Part shown: piece by piece, positions 12,797 to 23,030 of the stretch
Layout of the letters: each line of letters opens with the position of its first letter
Numbering within the stretch: the stretch's first letter is position 1
Source: Chrysomallon squamiferum
Taxonomy: Eukaryota > Animalia > Mollusca
Direction: 5' to 3'
DNA: 64,000 bases
NCBI GenBank assembly: GCA_012295275.1
Contig: CM022673.1
Location: 11,718,001 to 11,782,000, forward strand
Translations under genes and position numbers: made by a program
The notes under the pieces: model-generated
Database searches by the model: none
The model's input: the letters and a program-made list of their open reading frames with translations, nothing else
Told to the model about the DNA's origin: nothing

Positions 12797-14608
12797 ATTT
12801 TTTTTTATTATATTCCAATTTTAAATTTATTATTATTATTATTATTATTAAAATACTTTTTTTTTTAATATATTCTTATTTTTTATTATTATTATTATTA
12901 TTATTTTTATATTCATTTTTTGAATACATTCTGAGATTTTTATTATTAATGTTATTATTATCAATATAATTTTCAGTTGGAGGATTCTATGAAAAATGCT
13001 ATGACAAACACACTGGAAAACAAATATGGCAGTGATGCAGCTACTACCTCAGCTTGGAACAAGGTCCAGAAAGATGTAAGTGGAAAAAAAAAAAATCTAA
13101 CAGTAAAGTATATACACACTGGTACCTGTCTTACAGGGGACAACTGTTTGGCTGAACAAAAGTGTCCCTATTTTGCAGGTGTCCCTTCATCAGAGGGACA
13201 ACCATTGCAGACAATTGTTTTGTACATGCAAACAACTTTTTATTCATATCTACCAAACCAGTAGCCACAACAAACCTGAATTGTCTTGGCCATAGTAGGA
13301 ATGACAACTTTGTCTTAAAATACAATTGTAAAACATATTTTGCAGATCATAATGGGTTTTTTTTATGTTTTGAAAAATATTGCATTTGAAACTCAAACAG
13401 AGCTCCAGTTTGCAGCATCTTTTAAAAAAAAAAAAAAAAAAAATGTTCATGGGATCAAAAAGAATATTTTGTACAAATTTTATTAATTTCTTAAATTAAA
13501 AACAATTAACACAATACAATCATAATATTTTTCTTCTGAGAGATATGTTAGACAAGATATCTATACCTATATACATACATACATACATATATATATATAT
13601 ATCTATACACACACACACACACACGCACACACACACATACAAACTTGGTAAAAGTAGATAATCATCCTGGACTGATGAAAAAGTGATGATTTTTCACCTG
13701 TCATTAAAAATGGAATATGTGTTTATGCCTTTTCACCAGGGGATGTGTTGTCAAAGAGTAACTTGTAGATAACAGGGGATGTAACTGAGGTGAAATGAAG
13801 TGAGCATTAAGCTGATGTTAAGTTAATCTTTATTCAGTTATTTATTTCACTCTTTGTTTAGCTGGAGTGTTGTGCTGTTATTGGTGAAGACTGGAAACTT
13901 TACCAGAGAACTCACTGGTTTGCAGACCAGAACTGTAAGTAATTAAAAATATCATACTTTATTGTTAGCAAAGGTTGAAAAGTACATATTGTTACACTTT
14001 ATTATTGACAAACATTTACATCTAAAAACAGTTGTACTTTATTATTAGTAAACGTTGGTACCTTAAAAGTTGTACTTTATTATTAATAAATGCTGATATC
14101 TTAAACAAGTTATACTTTACATGTTGATATCTTAAAACAGTGATACTTTATTATTAACACAAATCGAAATCTATGAATTGTTAGTAAAGGTTGATGTCTG
14201 AAAATGCTTTGTTATTAATAGACACTGATGTCCCTTGAACTAATGAACCCATGTTAAGTTTAACAAAAAACAAAACAAAAAAAAAACATTTTTAAATATA
14301 AATTTTTGTTGTTAGTTATTTTCTTGAATTTTTAAATATTAATTTTTGTTGTTTATATTCAATGGATATATTAAATTGCTGATTCTTAATTAAAATATTT
14401 ATTTTTTGTTTCTTCTAAAAGATCTGTCAGACAGGAAGTATGTCCCTGAGTCTTGCTGTGTTTTTGATAAGAATCATGGCAGTTATACGAACCTCGAAGA
14501 CTGCCAGAAGTGGAAAATGGGACCCCCCACCAACCCCACCACGGGACTGAAGAATCACAATTTGTATTACAAAGTAAGCACACTAACTCTATAATGACTG
14601 AGCCATCG

Positions 14609-14644
<36 letters not shown>

Positions 14645-15842
14645 ATTGCATTACTGTTGACTGGCGATTTCACAGAGTGAAACATTAAATTTTAGTACGT
14701 ATAAACAGCATTGTATAATAATGTAAGAGCGACGTACAGGTGTGAAAAACAATGCATACAATATATATGTAGAGAAAAAATGAAGGGTAGCTGGGTGAAA
14801 TTTGTTAGGCTGGGATGGTTGTGGGTGCAGTTGTAAAATTTACTCTTAACTTGTGTCTTGAGAAATGCTGTGTTCATACACTGGGACTCAGAATAACTTG
14901 ACAGCAGCAGAGGTAAGTTTTCACGTGCTAAGTTCTAGATGAGTGATTTTTTTTTCAAGTTTTGTTTGCATTTCCCAGAACTGAGATCTGTGAAATTGAG
15001 CGTCAGCAATATTAATAAAAGTCTTCAATCTTTTGTTGGTGGATCACAACCGATTGATCAGATTTACATAAAAAAAAAAAAAAAAACACATTTTTTTTAG
15101 TTATAGTGATAATAGAGAGCTGTTGATAAAGAGATTATTTTGACTGGTTTAGGTTACATGATCAAACCTTTCTGGTAACCAAGAGCAACAGATATGTATA
15201 GGGTTAGTGTTAAAGAGAGAAAATTCCTGGCTTTGTCACAGAGTATGATTATTGCAGGAGTGATTGCTCTGATTAGAACATTAAATTTTCATTCACTCGG
15301 TGAGAAATTAATATTATCCAGTACTGATGTTTTTAATGTTTTTTGTTTATTTGTTTTTTTTTCAGGGATGTTATTTTGCTGCCAAAGCCTTTGTTGCTGA
15401 TCATGCTGACATCATTTTAGCTATAGGTTTTGGGTTTGGCTTTTTTATGGTGAGTAGAGATTAAAATACACTTCATTCTTATGCCTGACAGATATTTTTA
15501 AAGTTATTATTATTTTTTTAATTTGATTATGTTTGTAAGTAAACTATGTAATGTTATTATAATAAATAATACTAATTGATTTATTTAAGCATTCTGTTGT
15601 GGAGCTGAAGCTTTATATTATGAAATAGCCATCCCTTAATTATTTTTTTTGTCTCTCTTTCTCTGTGTCTTTGTATCTGTATGTCTCTATCTATCTTTGT
15701 ATCTCTGTTTCAGTCTGTCTCGCTCTTTCTCATTCTTTCTCAAATCTCTGTGTGTCTCTATGAGTTTATCTTTTTATCTCGTAATTTCTATCTTTCTGTG
15801 TATATCTCTATCTCTGTATGTCTCTATTTCAGTTTTTGTATT

Positions 15843-15921
<79 letters not shown>

Positions 15922-16040
15922 TTATTATCACTGTTTTTCAGATAATTGGTTTAGTTCTGACAGTATTAATGTATCGTCTGTTAACAATGGACGACAAGGA
16001 GGAAGAGGTTAAACGTCGGCGAGAACCTGATAACCTCTAG
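10212..16040 (+). CDS. Tetraspanin, ~277 aa. Coding exons 10212-10271, 10659-10850, 12264-12338, 12977-13075, 13862-13934, 14422(or 14431)-14573, 15366-15449, 15942-16040
   Basis: All junctions are GT-AG and in frame. Four TM segments (KFFLVLFNAAFVIIGLTVAAIAIW; SYFMILAGVIILVASVLGF; YFIVLLVIFLFLIVGAAMAV; IILAIGFGFGFFMIIGLVLTVLM). The large loop has AWNKVQKDLECCAV, VPESCC, EDC and YKGCY; classic tetraspanin exon layout. Confidence 0.93.
10659..10850 (+). CDS. Tetraspanin coding exon 2 (end of TM1, TM2)
   Basis: tttag acceptor, ATT|gtaagt donor, 192 nt open frame. Confidence 0.9.
11041..11260. repeat. Compound (AT)n/(AC)n microsatellite
   Basis: Direct reading; tetraspanin intron 2. Confidence 0.9.
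12264..12338 (+). CDS. Tetraspanin coding exon 3 (TM3)
   Basis: tttcag acceptor, GAG|gtcagt donor, 75 nt, YFIVLLVIFLFLIVGAAMAVAFKGE. Confidence 0.9.
12977..13075 (+). CDS. Tetraspanin coding exon 4 (large-loop helices A/B)
   Basis: tttcag acceptor, GAT|gtaagt donor, 99 nt, ...TSAWNKVQKD. Confidence 0.9.
13111..13230 (+). mobile_element. Possible decayed non-autonomous DNA transposon fragment in tetraspanin intron 4
   Basis: TA-CAC..GGTACCTGTCTTACAGGGGACAAC start and internal GGGACA/TGTCCC inverted motifs resembling Tc1/pogo-type MITE ends; no matching far terminus found. Confidence 0.3.
13862..13934 (+). CDS. Tetraspanin coding exon 5 (LECCAVIGEDWKLYQRTHWFADQN)
   Basis: tttag acceptor, T|gtaagt donor, 73 nt. 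Confidence 0.9.
13955..14235 (+). repeat. Degenerate ~38-40-bp minisatellite (~7 copies) in tetraspanin intron 5
   Basis: Recurrent unit ~tactttattattagyaaaygttgatatcttaaaa(c)agttg. Confidence 0.75.
14422..14573 (+). CDS. Tetraspanin coding exon 6 (VPESCC...LYYK)
   Basis: Acceptor at AAG 14421 or CAG 14430 (both in frame); AAA|gtaagc donor. Confidence 0.87.
15366..15449 (+). CDS. Tetraspanin coding exon 7 (GCYFAAK...GFFM)
   Basis: poly-T + cag acceptor, ATG|gtgagt donor, 84 nt. Confidence 0.9.
15942..16040 (+). CDS. Tetraspanin terminal coding exon (IIGLVL...EPDNL*)
   Basis: ttttcag acceptor, TAG stop at 16038-16040. Confidence 0.9.
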   Translation: MIGLVLTVLMYRLLTMDDKEEEVKRRREPDNL

Positions 16041-17074
16041 GTTCAGTTTCAGACAGTGTGCAGTATGAGGTTAAAGGTTGTCTGTCTGTGGTTATCACAT
16101 AACTTGAGGTAAATACGACAGACAACCTTTAGATTGCAATTACAGTCAAACTGGCCAGTGGTAAATGCAACCTCGAGGCTGAATTATAAAAACCTCTCAC
16201 ATACAGACACGTATGAGATTAAACATTTTTATGTTGAAGTTAAACCTAACCTGAAAGTTTTATTTAACCTCGAATGTGTTTATAAACTGTGTGGAAGTTA
16301 ATTTTTACAGATGATTATCAGGACAGGCAAGAGTTTACAGACAACCTCTGTTTTGATTGTACAGACTACCTACAGGTCTGTGGGGTCATTTTAAACAAGA
16401 GGTCAAAAATTACAGTCAGTCCAAAGGTTAAGATTACTGTTGTCTGTTTAGTAAACATGCAAACACCCAGGACATTATGAAGAGATAACCTATGCGTTGA
16501 GGAACCGTAACTGCCTCCAGGCTGATGTTTTTAAAATGTGACACAAAACCCTCACCTTGATTCATTATGACACTGTTTGATTTATCGGCTGAAATAAGCA
16601 GCCATTTTTCTCAAGTGAACACAGCCCACAGGCTTGAAAAATTGTTAACGAAAATTAATTTCAAGTTCTTGTATAAGTATTTTTCTTTTGATGAATCTAA
16701 TATTTTTTGAAAGTGAGATTTATATATAATCTTTTATTTCCATTTGTTTGGATCTAAATCTTTTTCTATGGTTGATATTATTAAATTGTGAGCTTAAAAG
16801 AACAACTGTTTAATGAACAGAAATGGTAATCGTAAAATGAATTAACGAATTATTTTTTTAATGCCGAAATATTGACTATATTTTTATACTAAATTTAAAC
16901 AATTTCTGTTCTTACGTTTCTTATAATTCTAAGAGTATTGTACAGAAAGAAAAGTTCAGGTTGTAGTTAACTTGTGACTGTACACAATCATAGTTTTTAA
17001 ATGGTTTTTCTATGTGCCTTTTAAAATATTTTTCTAACCATTTTAATTCAACTTTGACAGCATTCCTCTCTCTG

Positions 17075-17125
<51 letters not shown>

Positions 17126-18117
17126 TTGTGTGTATATTATTTGTGTGTGTCTGCCTGAACATACATATGTATGTACATTGGAGTATAACATCCCATTTTA
17201 AAATCTTTTATTTAAATTTTTGCCTTTCGTTTTTGCAGATTAATATTTTTATTGTCAACCATAGAAAAATCTTTATTTTAATTTTATATAGTATTTAAAG
17301 TGCATCCCGTGGTAATTTGAACAATTGGCATAATATTAATGCGTTTTCATTTTAACTGATGAACACTAACAATAAAATTTGACAATAACATAACAAGTTG
17401 TTATGAAATATAGAGGCTGCCATTTTTTTTTTATCTTCCTTATGACCCTTCGAAATCATTTAAATGATAAAAATTGTGTAATTAATAACAGGCAGATAAC
17501 TGATTTTTATTGTAATTTTCATGTATATGTTAAAACATGCTCTTTTTTTTTTATATTGGTTCACAATTTTTGTTAAATTTAAAAAACCAAATATTTTTTT
17601 TTTTCATAATTCATTTATAAAACAGTAATCTTATATCGGTGATAATCATTTTTATATTTGTACCCCATTTGCTTGTAAAAAGCTTACACAGCAAATTAAG
17701 GAGATTTTGTTTTAGTTTTTGCCTCGTTTTTTTTTTTTTTTTTTTTTTTTTACAACATAATGACTGGTTTGGGTATTCAAATCACAATGGATTCACTTTA
17801 GATGTATGTAAATGTTTACAAAAGTTGTTACCAAAGAATAATTCTCAACGATTTTCACTAATTTATTATACATGTTTGTGTTACTGTGACAGACACAAAT
17901 TCCGTGCCAGTGTTTATTCCATAAAATTAAAATATAAAATGAGATAAATAAATTTTTTTTTTTTTTTTTAAAATAAATAAAAAGTAATAATGTGTAATGG
18001 GAAAAAAATTGTAAATGAGCTATTAAATATATTAGCTTTAATAATTATAATAATAATAATGATTTTGATGATGATGAACATTGCAGTAGTAATAATGATG
18101 ATAACGATATCATAATG

Positions 18118-18191
<74 letters not shown>

Positions 18192-19086
18192 CATTTCTTG
18201 CAAAACAACTTTTTTTCATGTTTAAGAGCAATTGATAAAATTCTCAGTTCACTTTAGAAATATACATATATATATATATATATATACGTCGTTAAAACAG
18301 TAAATTATATTTAAGCCTGGCTTCGATAATCAACTTTGTTTGTTACCGGTGATATATTTCTTCATTGTTTGTTTTTTAAATTATGTTTCATTCCTGTGTT
18401 ATTCGTTTTTAAAAATAATTTTTACGTTTATTTCTTAAACTAATTTTACTTGTAATTTGGGTCGATTTGGGAGTATGGATTTTTTAAATTTAATTTTACT
18501 AAAACCTCTGGCAAATTTTAAATTTTACTTACGTTAGTCCTACGAATCATGAAATTATACATTTAGTAATATAAATTTTAAAATGTTATACATTTTTTAA
18601 AACAATTTTTTATTTGGAATTCAATTTTTGTTCATATTTATAAAATATATTTTTTTTATTGATATATCTTTAATAATTTTACTGATAATAATTTTAGCGG
18701 CTTTGATTTATCCATATCATTTTTAAAGAAAGAAAAACAATACTTTCACTGAACTTTAAAGATCAGTTTTTACAAACAATTTTTATCGTCTGCAAAAACA
18801 GTATTTCTTAGAAAAGAAAAAATGGAATGTTCATGTCACTTTGACCATTATTTTTTGTAAAGGAATAAAAGAAGATAACATACACCACATTCTGTATTAT
18901 TATAGTTAATACAGTTTCCTTTCGTTTTAACTAAATCTAAAAAAACTTCGGAATTTGCTATCATTGCAGGCACTTTTGTTCACAACAATCAATAGTATCA
19001 GTCAATGACCTTTGTTTGTTGTAACTACACACATCCACATACATAAACAATTTTACATCAGTATTAAAATACGAGAGAGATTAATG

Positions 19087-19121
<35 letters not shown>

Positions 19122-20598
19122 CTAATTGAATATAATTTAGTTATTTATATATAATTTTTTAAGCTGTAAAAAAACAATTTAATGTCAAAGAGCCAGATAT
19201 ATAACGTATTAAGTAACCTTGAAAATTAAATTTACTTTTTCAAAATACATAAAATATTACTAACTTTTTATACGAGTATTATCTGTTACAGGACAAAAAT
19301 TCAAATTTCAGTACATTAAAGACGAAAAACGTAAGTTATACAGAGCGTTTTTGGATATAACGTAGGAAAATATTTTGGGACATATTTATTTCTTTATTAA
19401 ACGTAAAACAGTGTCATTTTCTTTGAGTACCAAAAACATAGTCTAAAATATTGTTTACGATATGAAGAGGTATTTTATTAGAATCTGTACATTTTAATAT
19501 TCGCACAAAATGTATGTATGTTTAAAATGTGTACATACACATACGTATATTTATACTGTTGTTTTCAAGTATCAAAAAGAATGTTACCCTCCGGAAACGT
19601 TATATTTTCAAAACTGCCCAGAATGACAAACTCGGCCATTTTTACCTGGTATGTCAAATTTCAGTTACTTTTCTATTTAATAATATTAAATTATATCCTT
19701 ATTGATGTGGTTGTATATTCAGCTAATATCGTTTATATTTTTAATACGTTTTTCATCGACCAGTTTTTGTATTTTTTTGAAATGTTTATGCAATCAAGAT
19801 TTTGTTTATTTAGCTCATTGGTAAAAATTAAACAATAAATTACGTGGTGTATTTTAATTTCTTTCGTGTTTTTTTTTAAAAATTTTTATCAATCTTAGAA
19901 TAATTTGTTTTTTTTAATTATATTCCCGATTTTATATTATTATTATTATTATGTTTTTATTGTTGTTGTTGTGGTTGCAGCTGTATAGCTGTACCTGTTA
20001 CATACATAAACTCTTTAACAAATAATTAAAATAACAATTATAACAAAAAACAAAACAAAAACAAAAAAAACCCAGACAAAATAATAAATAAATAAAAGAC
20101 ACACAAAAAAAACAACAACAACAAACAAAACAAAGAGAAAAACAAACATCATCGAATTTTCCAGAAATCCTTTAAATTCTATTACCACGGGATAACAAAT
20201 AACAAATCAATGGTAAACAAATATTTATTTAACGCCAGCGCACCACACATTTCTATATCAAAGGTTATTAGACAGCAGACGCATACACTTTGTGACTATG
20301 AAGCCCATGATCTAACAGCGAGTAATTTTGTACAATTAGCGAACACTATTTTGACGTCTGTTCTCAGCGTCGCGCGTGCGGTATTTTGTACTGTTAACTG
20401 GGAACAAAACCGTTCCATCGATCGCTTAGTAGTTCATTTGGAAACGACGACGTGTTGGCGAGAATCTGATGCGTTAAGAAATGGTCGGTGGAAGGCAAAA
20501 AATGTAAATTTCGACAGACTTTTATCTGGAAGGATAATAAAATAAAAGAGGAAGCAAGGTAGGTTACTTTTTATAAAACCTGGAATTTGATCAGTCAT

Positions 20599-20716
20599 CC
20601 GAAAGTGACCTTTCTTGAAAACAGGGATGGTTAAGTCACCCGAAAGTGACCTTTCTTGAGAACAGGGATGGTTAAGTCACTGGACAGTCACCTTTCTTTA
20701 AACTTGGAATGAGTCA
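20599..20716 (+). repeat. 41-bp tandem repeat (2 near-identical copies + 1 decayed), followed by decayed ggaaca(a/g)tc-containing repeats to ~21150
   Basis: ccgaaagtgacctttcttgaaaacagggatggttaagtcac at 20599-20639 and 20640-20680 differ at one base. Confidence 0.85.
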
Positions 20717-22013
20717 ATCAGTTATGAAAAAAAAAAAAAAAAAAAAAAGCTGCAATATTCAAGTTGAACTGCACATGATAAATCAACTAAAAGTTCAACT
20801 TTAACAACCAGTTAAACGTTATAAATGGAACAATCGACTAAACCTTAAATTGAAACAATCAACAAAACGATAAGTGGAAAATCAAATGAGCGTTAAAATG
20901 GAACAATCCACTAAAAGTACGTTAAATTGGAACAGTCTCTTTGAAACGATATTTGGAATGCTTGCTTTAAAAAGAAACTGGAAGCGACAGTCAGTTTGAA
21001 GAAAACGTGCAAAGGACAGTCAGTCACCTTTAAGCACAAGTGGACCATCAAATTAAAAAATAAAACTGGAACAGTCACTTTACAGGAAAACTAAGACGAA
21101 GAGCCATCATCAGTTAAAACTTGAATACACTGCACACAATAAACAATAAATAAGAAAATGTAAAAAAAAAAAAGAAGCGAAAAATGATCGTAAATTTCAG
21201 CTGGAACGGAATATCAGCATAAACAGAGAGGTGTATCAGAAGAAACATAACTACATTTGAAAAACACAAGAATCTAGAGAACATTTTTGTATTATCTTCC
21301 AAGGTGAAAAGGTATTTCAACTGGATGGTAAAAAAAGAAAAAAAAAAGCTATCTTTTCCGAGAATTTTTGAAAGGACTTCTTACGGATATTAAAGGTATT
21401 TTTTTTTCTATTACAATTTTTTTTATTAATGTTGGTTTTCATATATAATTTTTTTTTCTTCTTTGAACAATATAGACAGTTGTGAAGTACAACTTCCTAT
21501 ATAAATTCAATTATCAACCAAAAAGGTTATATCTATAAATTATATGTATATATAGATATATGCTGTACTGTGGCTGTCATAATGAAAACTTACAAGGCTA
21601 CTTAGAGATTATCATTACCGATTCTTTTATGGCTTCGTCGAGTTTACCTCAATGATTCAAACTGAATAGTGAACTGAATTTCAAATAACCGGATCAGTAA
21701 GGATCTGTTGTACCAAGTGAAATAGTAAAAGACGATTGGTCAAACCATACAAAATGTTACTAAGACATTGTTTTATATACAGCCATCATTTCTGTTTGTT
21801 TAATATGTCTGTGGGGTGGACAGCGTTTTAACGTATCAAAAGAAAATCTTTACAAACAAGTTTCAGATACTGAAATTTCTTCAGAAGGACTCGCTGAATT
21901 TTCACAAAGATAGTTTACCTTTCCGGAACCTGTGTTGACCATTCAAAAAGGTTCTTCAAAGGACCAAAACGAACGCTTTAAATTTCCAGATACTAATTCT
22001 TTCAGTTGGAAAT

Positions 22014-23030
22014 ATGCATCCAAAAGAGAACAGCACATTTCTTAGCGACCTCGGCGCGGTCCACGTGCCTGACGTTTTATTTCTGAACCCGTTAGTGATT
22101 TTCTACCTCGTTGTCGAGGGATGCATCATGCTGCCCATCATCGTGGGCAACTCACTCATCGTCATCAGCGTCAGCAAGTTCCATTTTCTTCGCAAACCTT
22201 GCAACATCCTCATAGCGAGTCTGGCTCTGTCCGATCTGCTGGTGGGCATGGTGGCGATACCGTTCGACTTCGCTTTCTACCTGAGCTACTCCTTGAAGAG
22301 GATGAGATATCCTTGTCTCTTCAGGCACTTCATCTGGATCGTCTGCCTGGGCTCGTCAATCGCCAACCTCCTGCTCATTGCTGTCGAGCGATTCCTGGCC
22401 GTGGACTTCCCGCTGAAGCATCAGATTTCCAAGACTAACAGAAAAAGCTTCGTAGCTGCTCTTTTCATCTGGATGCTCGTTTTCGCTCCGTGTAGCACGG
22501 TTCTTTTGGGAGCCGATACCTGGACGCCGAGGTATGGATGCATGTTTCATTTCATTTTCAAGAAGCCTTTCACTCTTTTCCTGTCCGTTAGCCTGATCGC
22601 GGAGGTGACTCTCAGTGCCGTACTCTTTGTGCGTGTGATCGTTGTCACCAGAAGGCGCGTGCGTCTCGCGCTGTCGACAATGTCTGCTCAGAAAGAGAAG
22701 AACGAGAGAAGCAGATCGAATCTCCTGGCTTTGGTCTACGGCCTGTTTGTTCTTTTCTGGAGTCCATACATGCTCTACGGATTTTGCTCGACTACCCTAG
22801 GATACGATTTGCAGGATAAGTATGGTAAACTGATGGTACTGATAGGCACGTGCAACTCGTGCGTGAATTTCTTCGTTTACGGATACAAGAAGCCCAGTTT
22901 CCGAATCGCTTTTCAAAAAGTCATGAGAATAGGCAGCAAGGATCAGCGGTCTGCTGATCAGAACCAGTCCAGCAGCACGTCACACGGTCATCACGTGTCA
23001 AAGCCTTCAGTGTTTCAGTGTCGATTGTGA
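22014..23030 (+). CDS. Class A (rhodopsin-like) GPCR, 338 aa, intronless CDS, orphan
   Basis: Seven hydrophobic segments; GN in TM1, LALSDLLVG in TM2, IAVERF (E/DRY) in TM3, W in TM4, Cys in TM3/ECL2, FWSPY in TM6, NSCVNFFVY in TM7, helix 8 FRIAF; N-terminal NST sequon; likely 5'UTR intron from AAG|gtaggt (20559) to ttcag (22005). Confidence 0.94.
   Translation: MHPKENSTFLSDLGAVHVPDVLFLNPLVIFYLVVEGCIMLPIIVGNSLIVISVSKFHFLRKPCNILIASLALSDLLVGMVAIPFDFAFYLSYSLKRMRYPCLFRHFIWIVCLGSSIANLLLIAVERFLAVDFPLKHQISKTNRKSFVAALFIWMLVFAPCSTVLLGADTWTPRYGCMFHFIFKKPFTLFLSVSLIAEVTLSAVLFVRVIVVTRRRVRLALSTMSAQKEKNERSRSNLLALVYGLFVLFWSPYMLYGFCSTTLGYDLQDKYGKLMVLIGTCNSCVNFFVYGYKKPSFRIAFQKVMRIGSKDQRSADQNQSSSTSHGHHVSKPSVFQCRL

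Noticed and set aside
20599-20716. 41-bp repeat with an internal palindrome as a CRISPR repeat
   Set aside because: Head-to-tail copies with no spacers; an ordinary minisatellite
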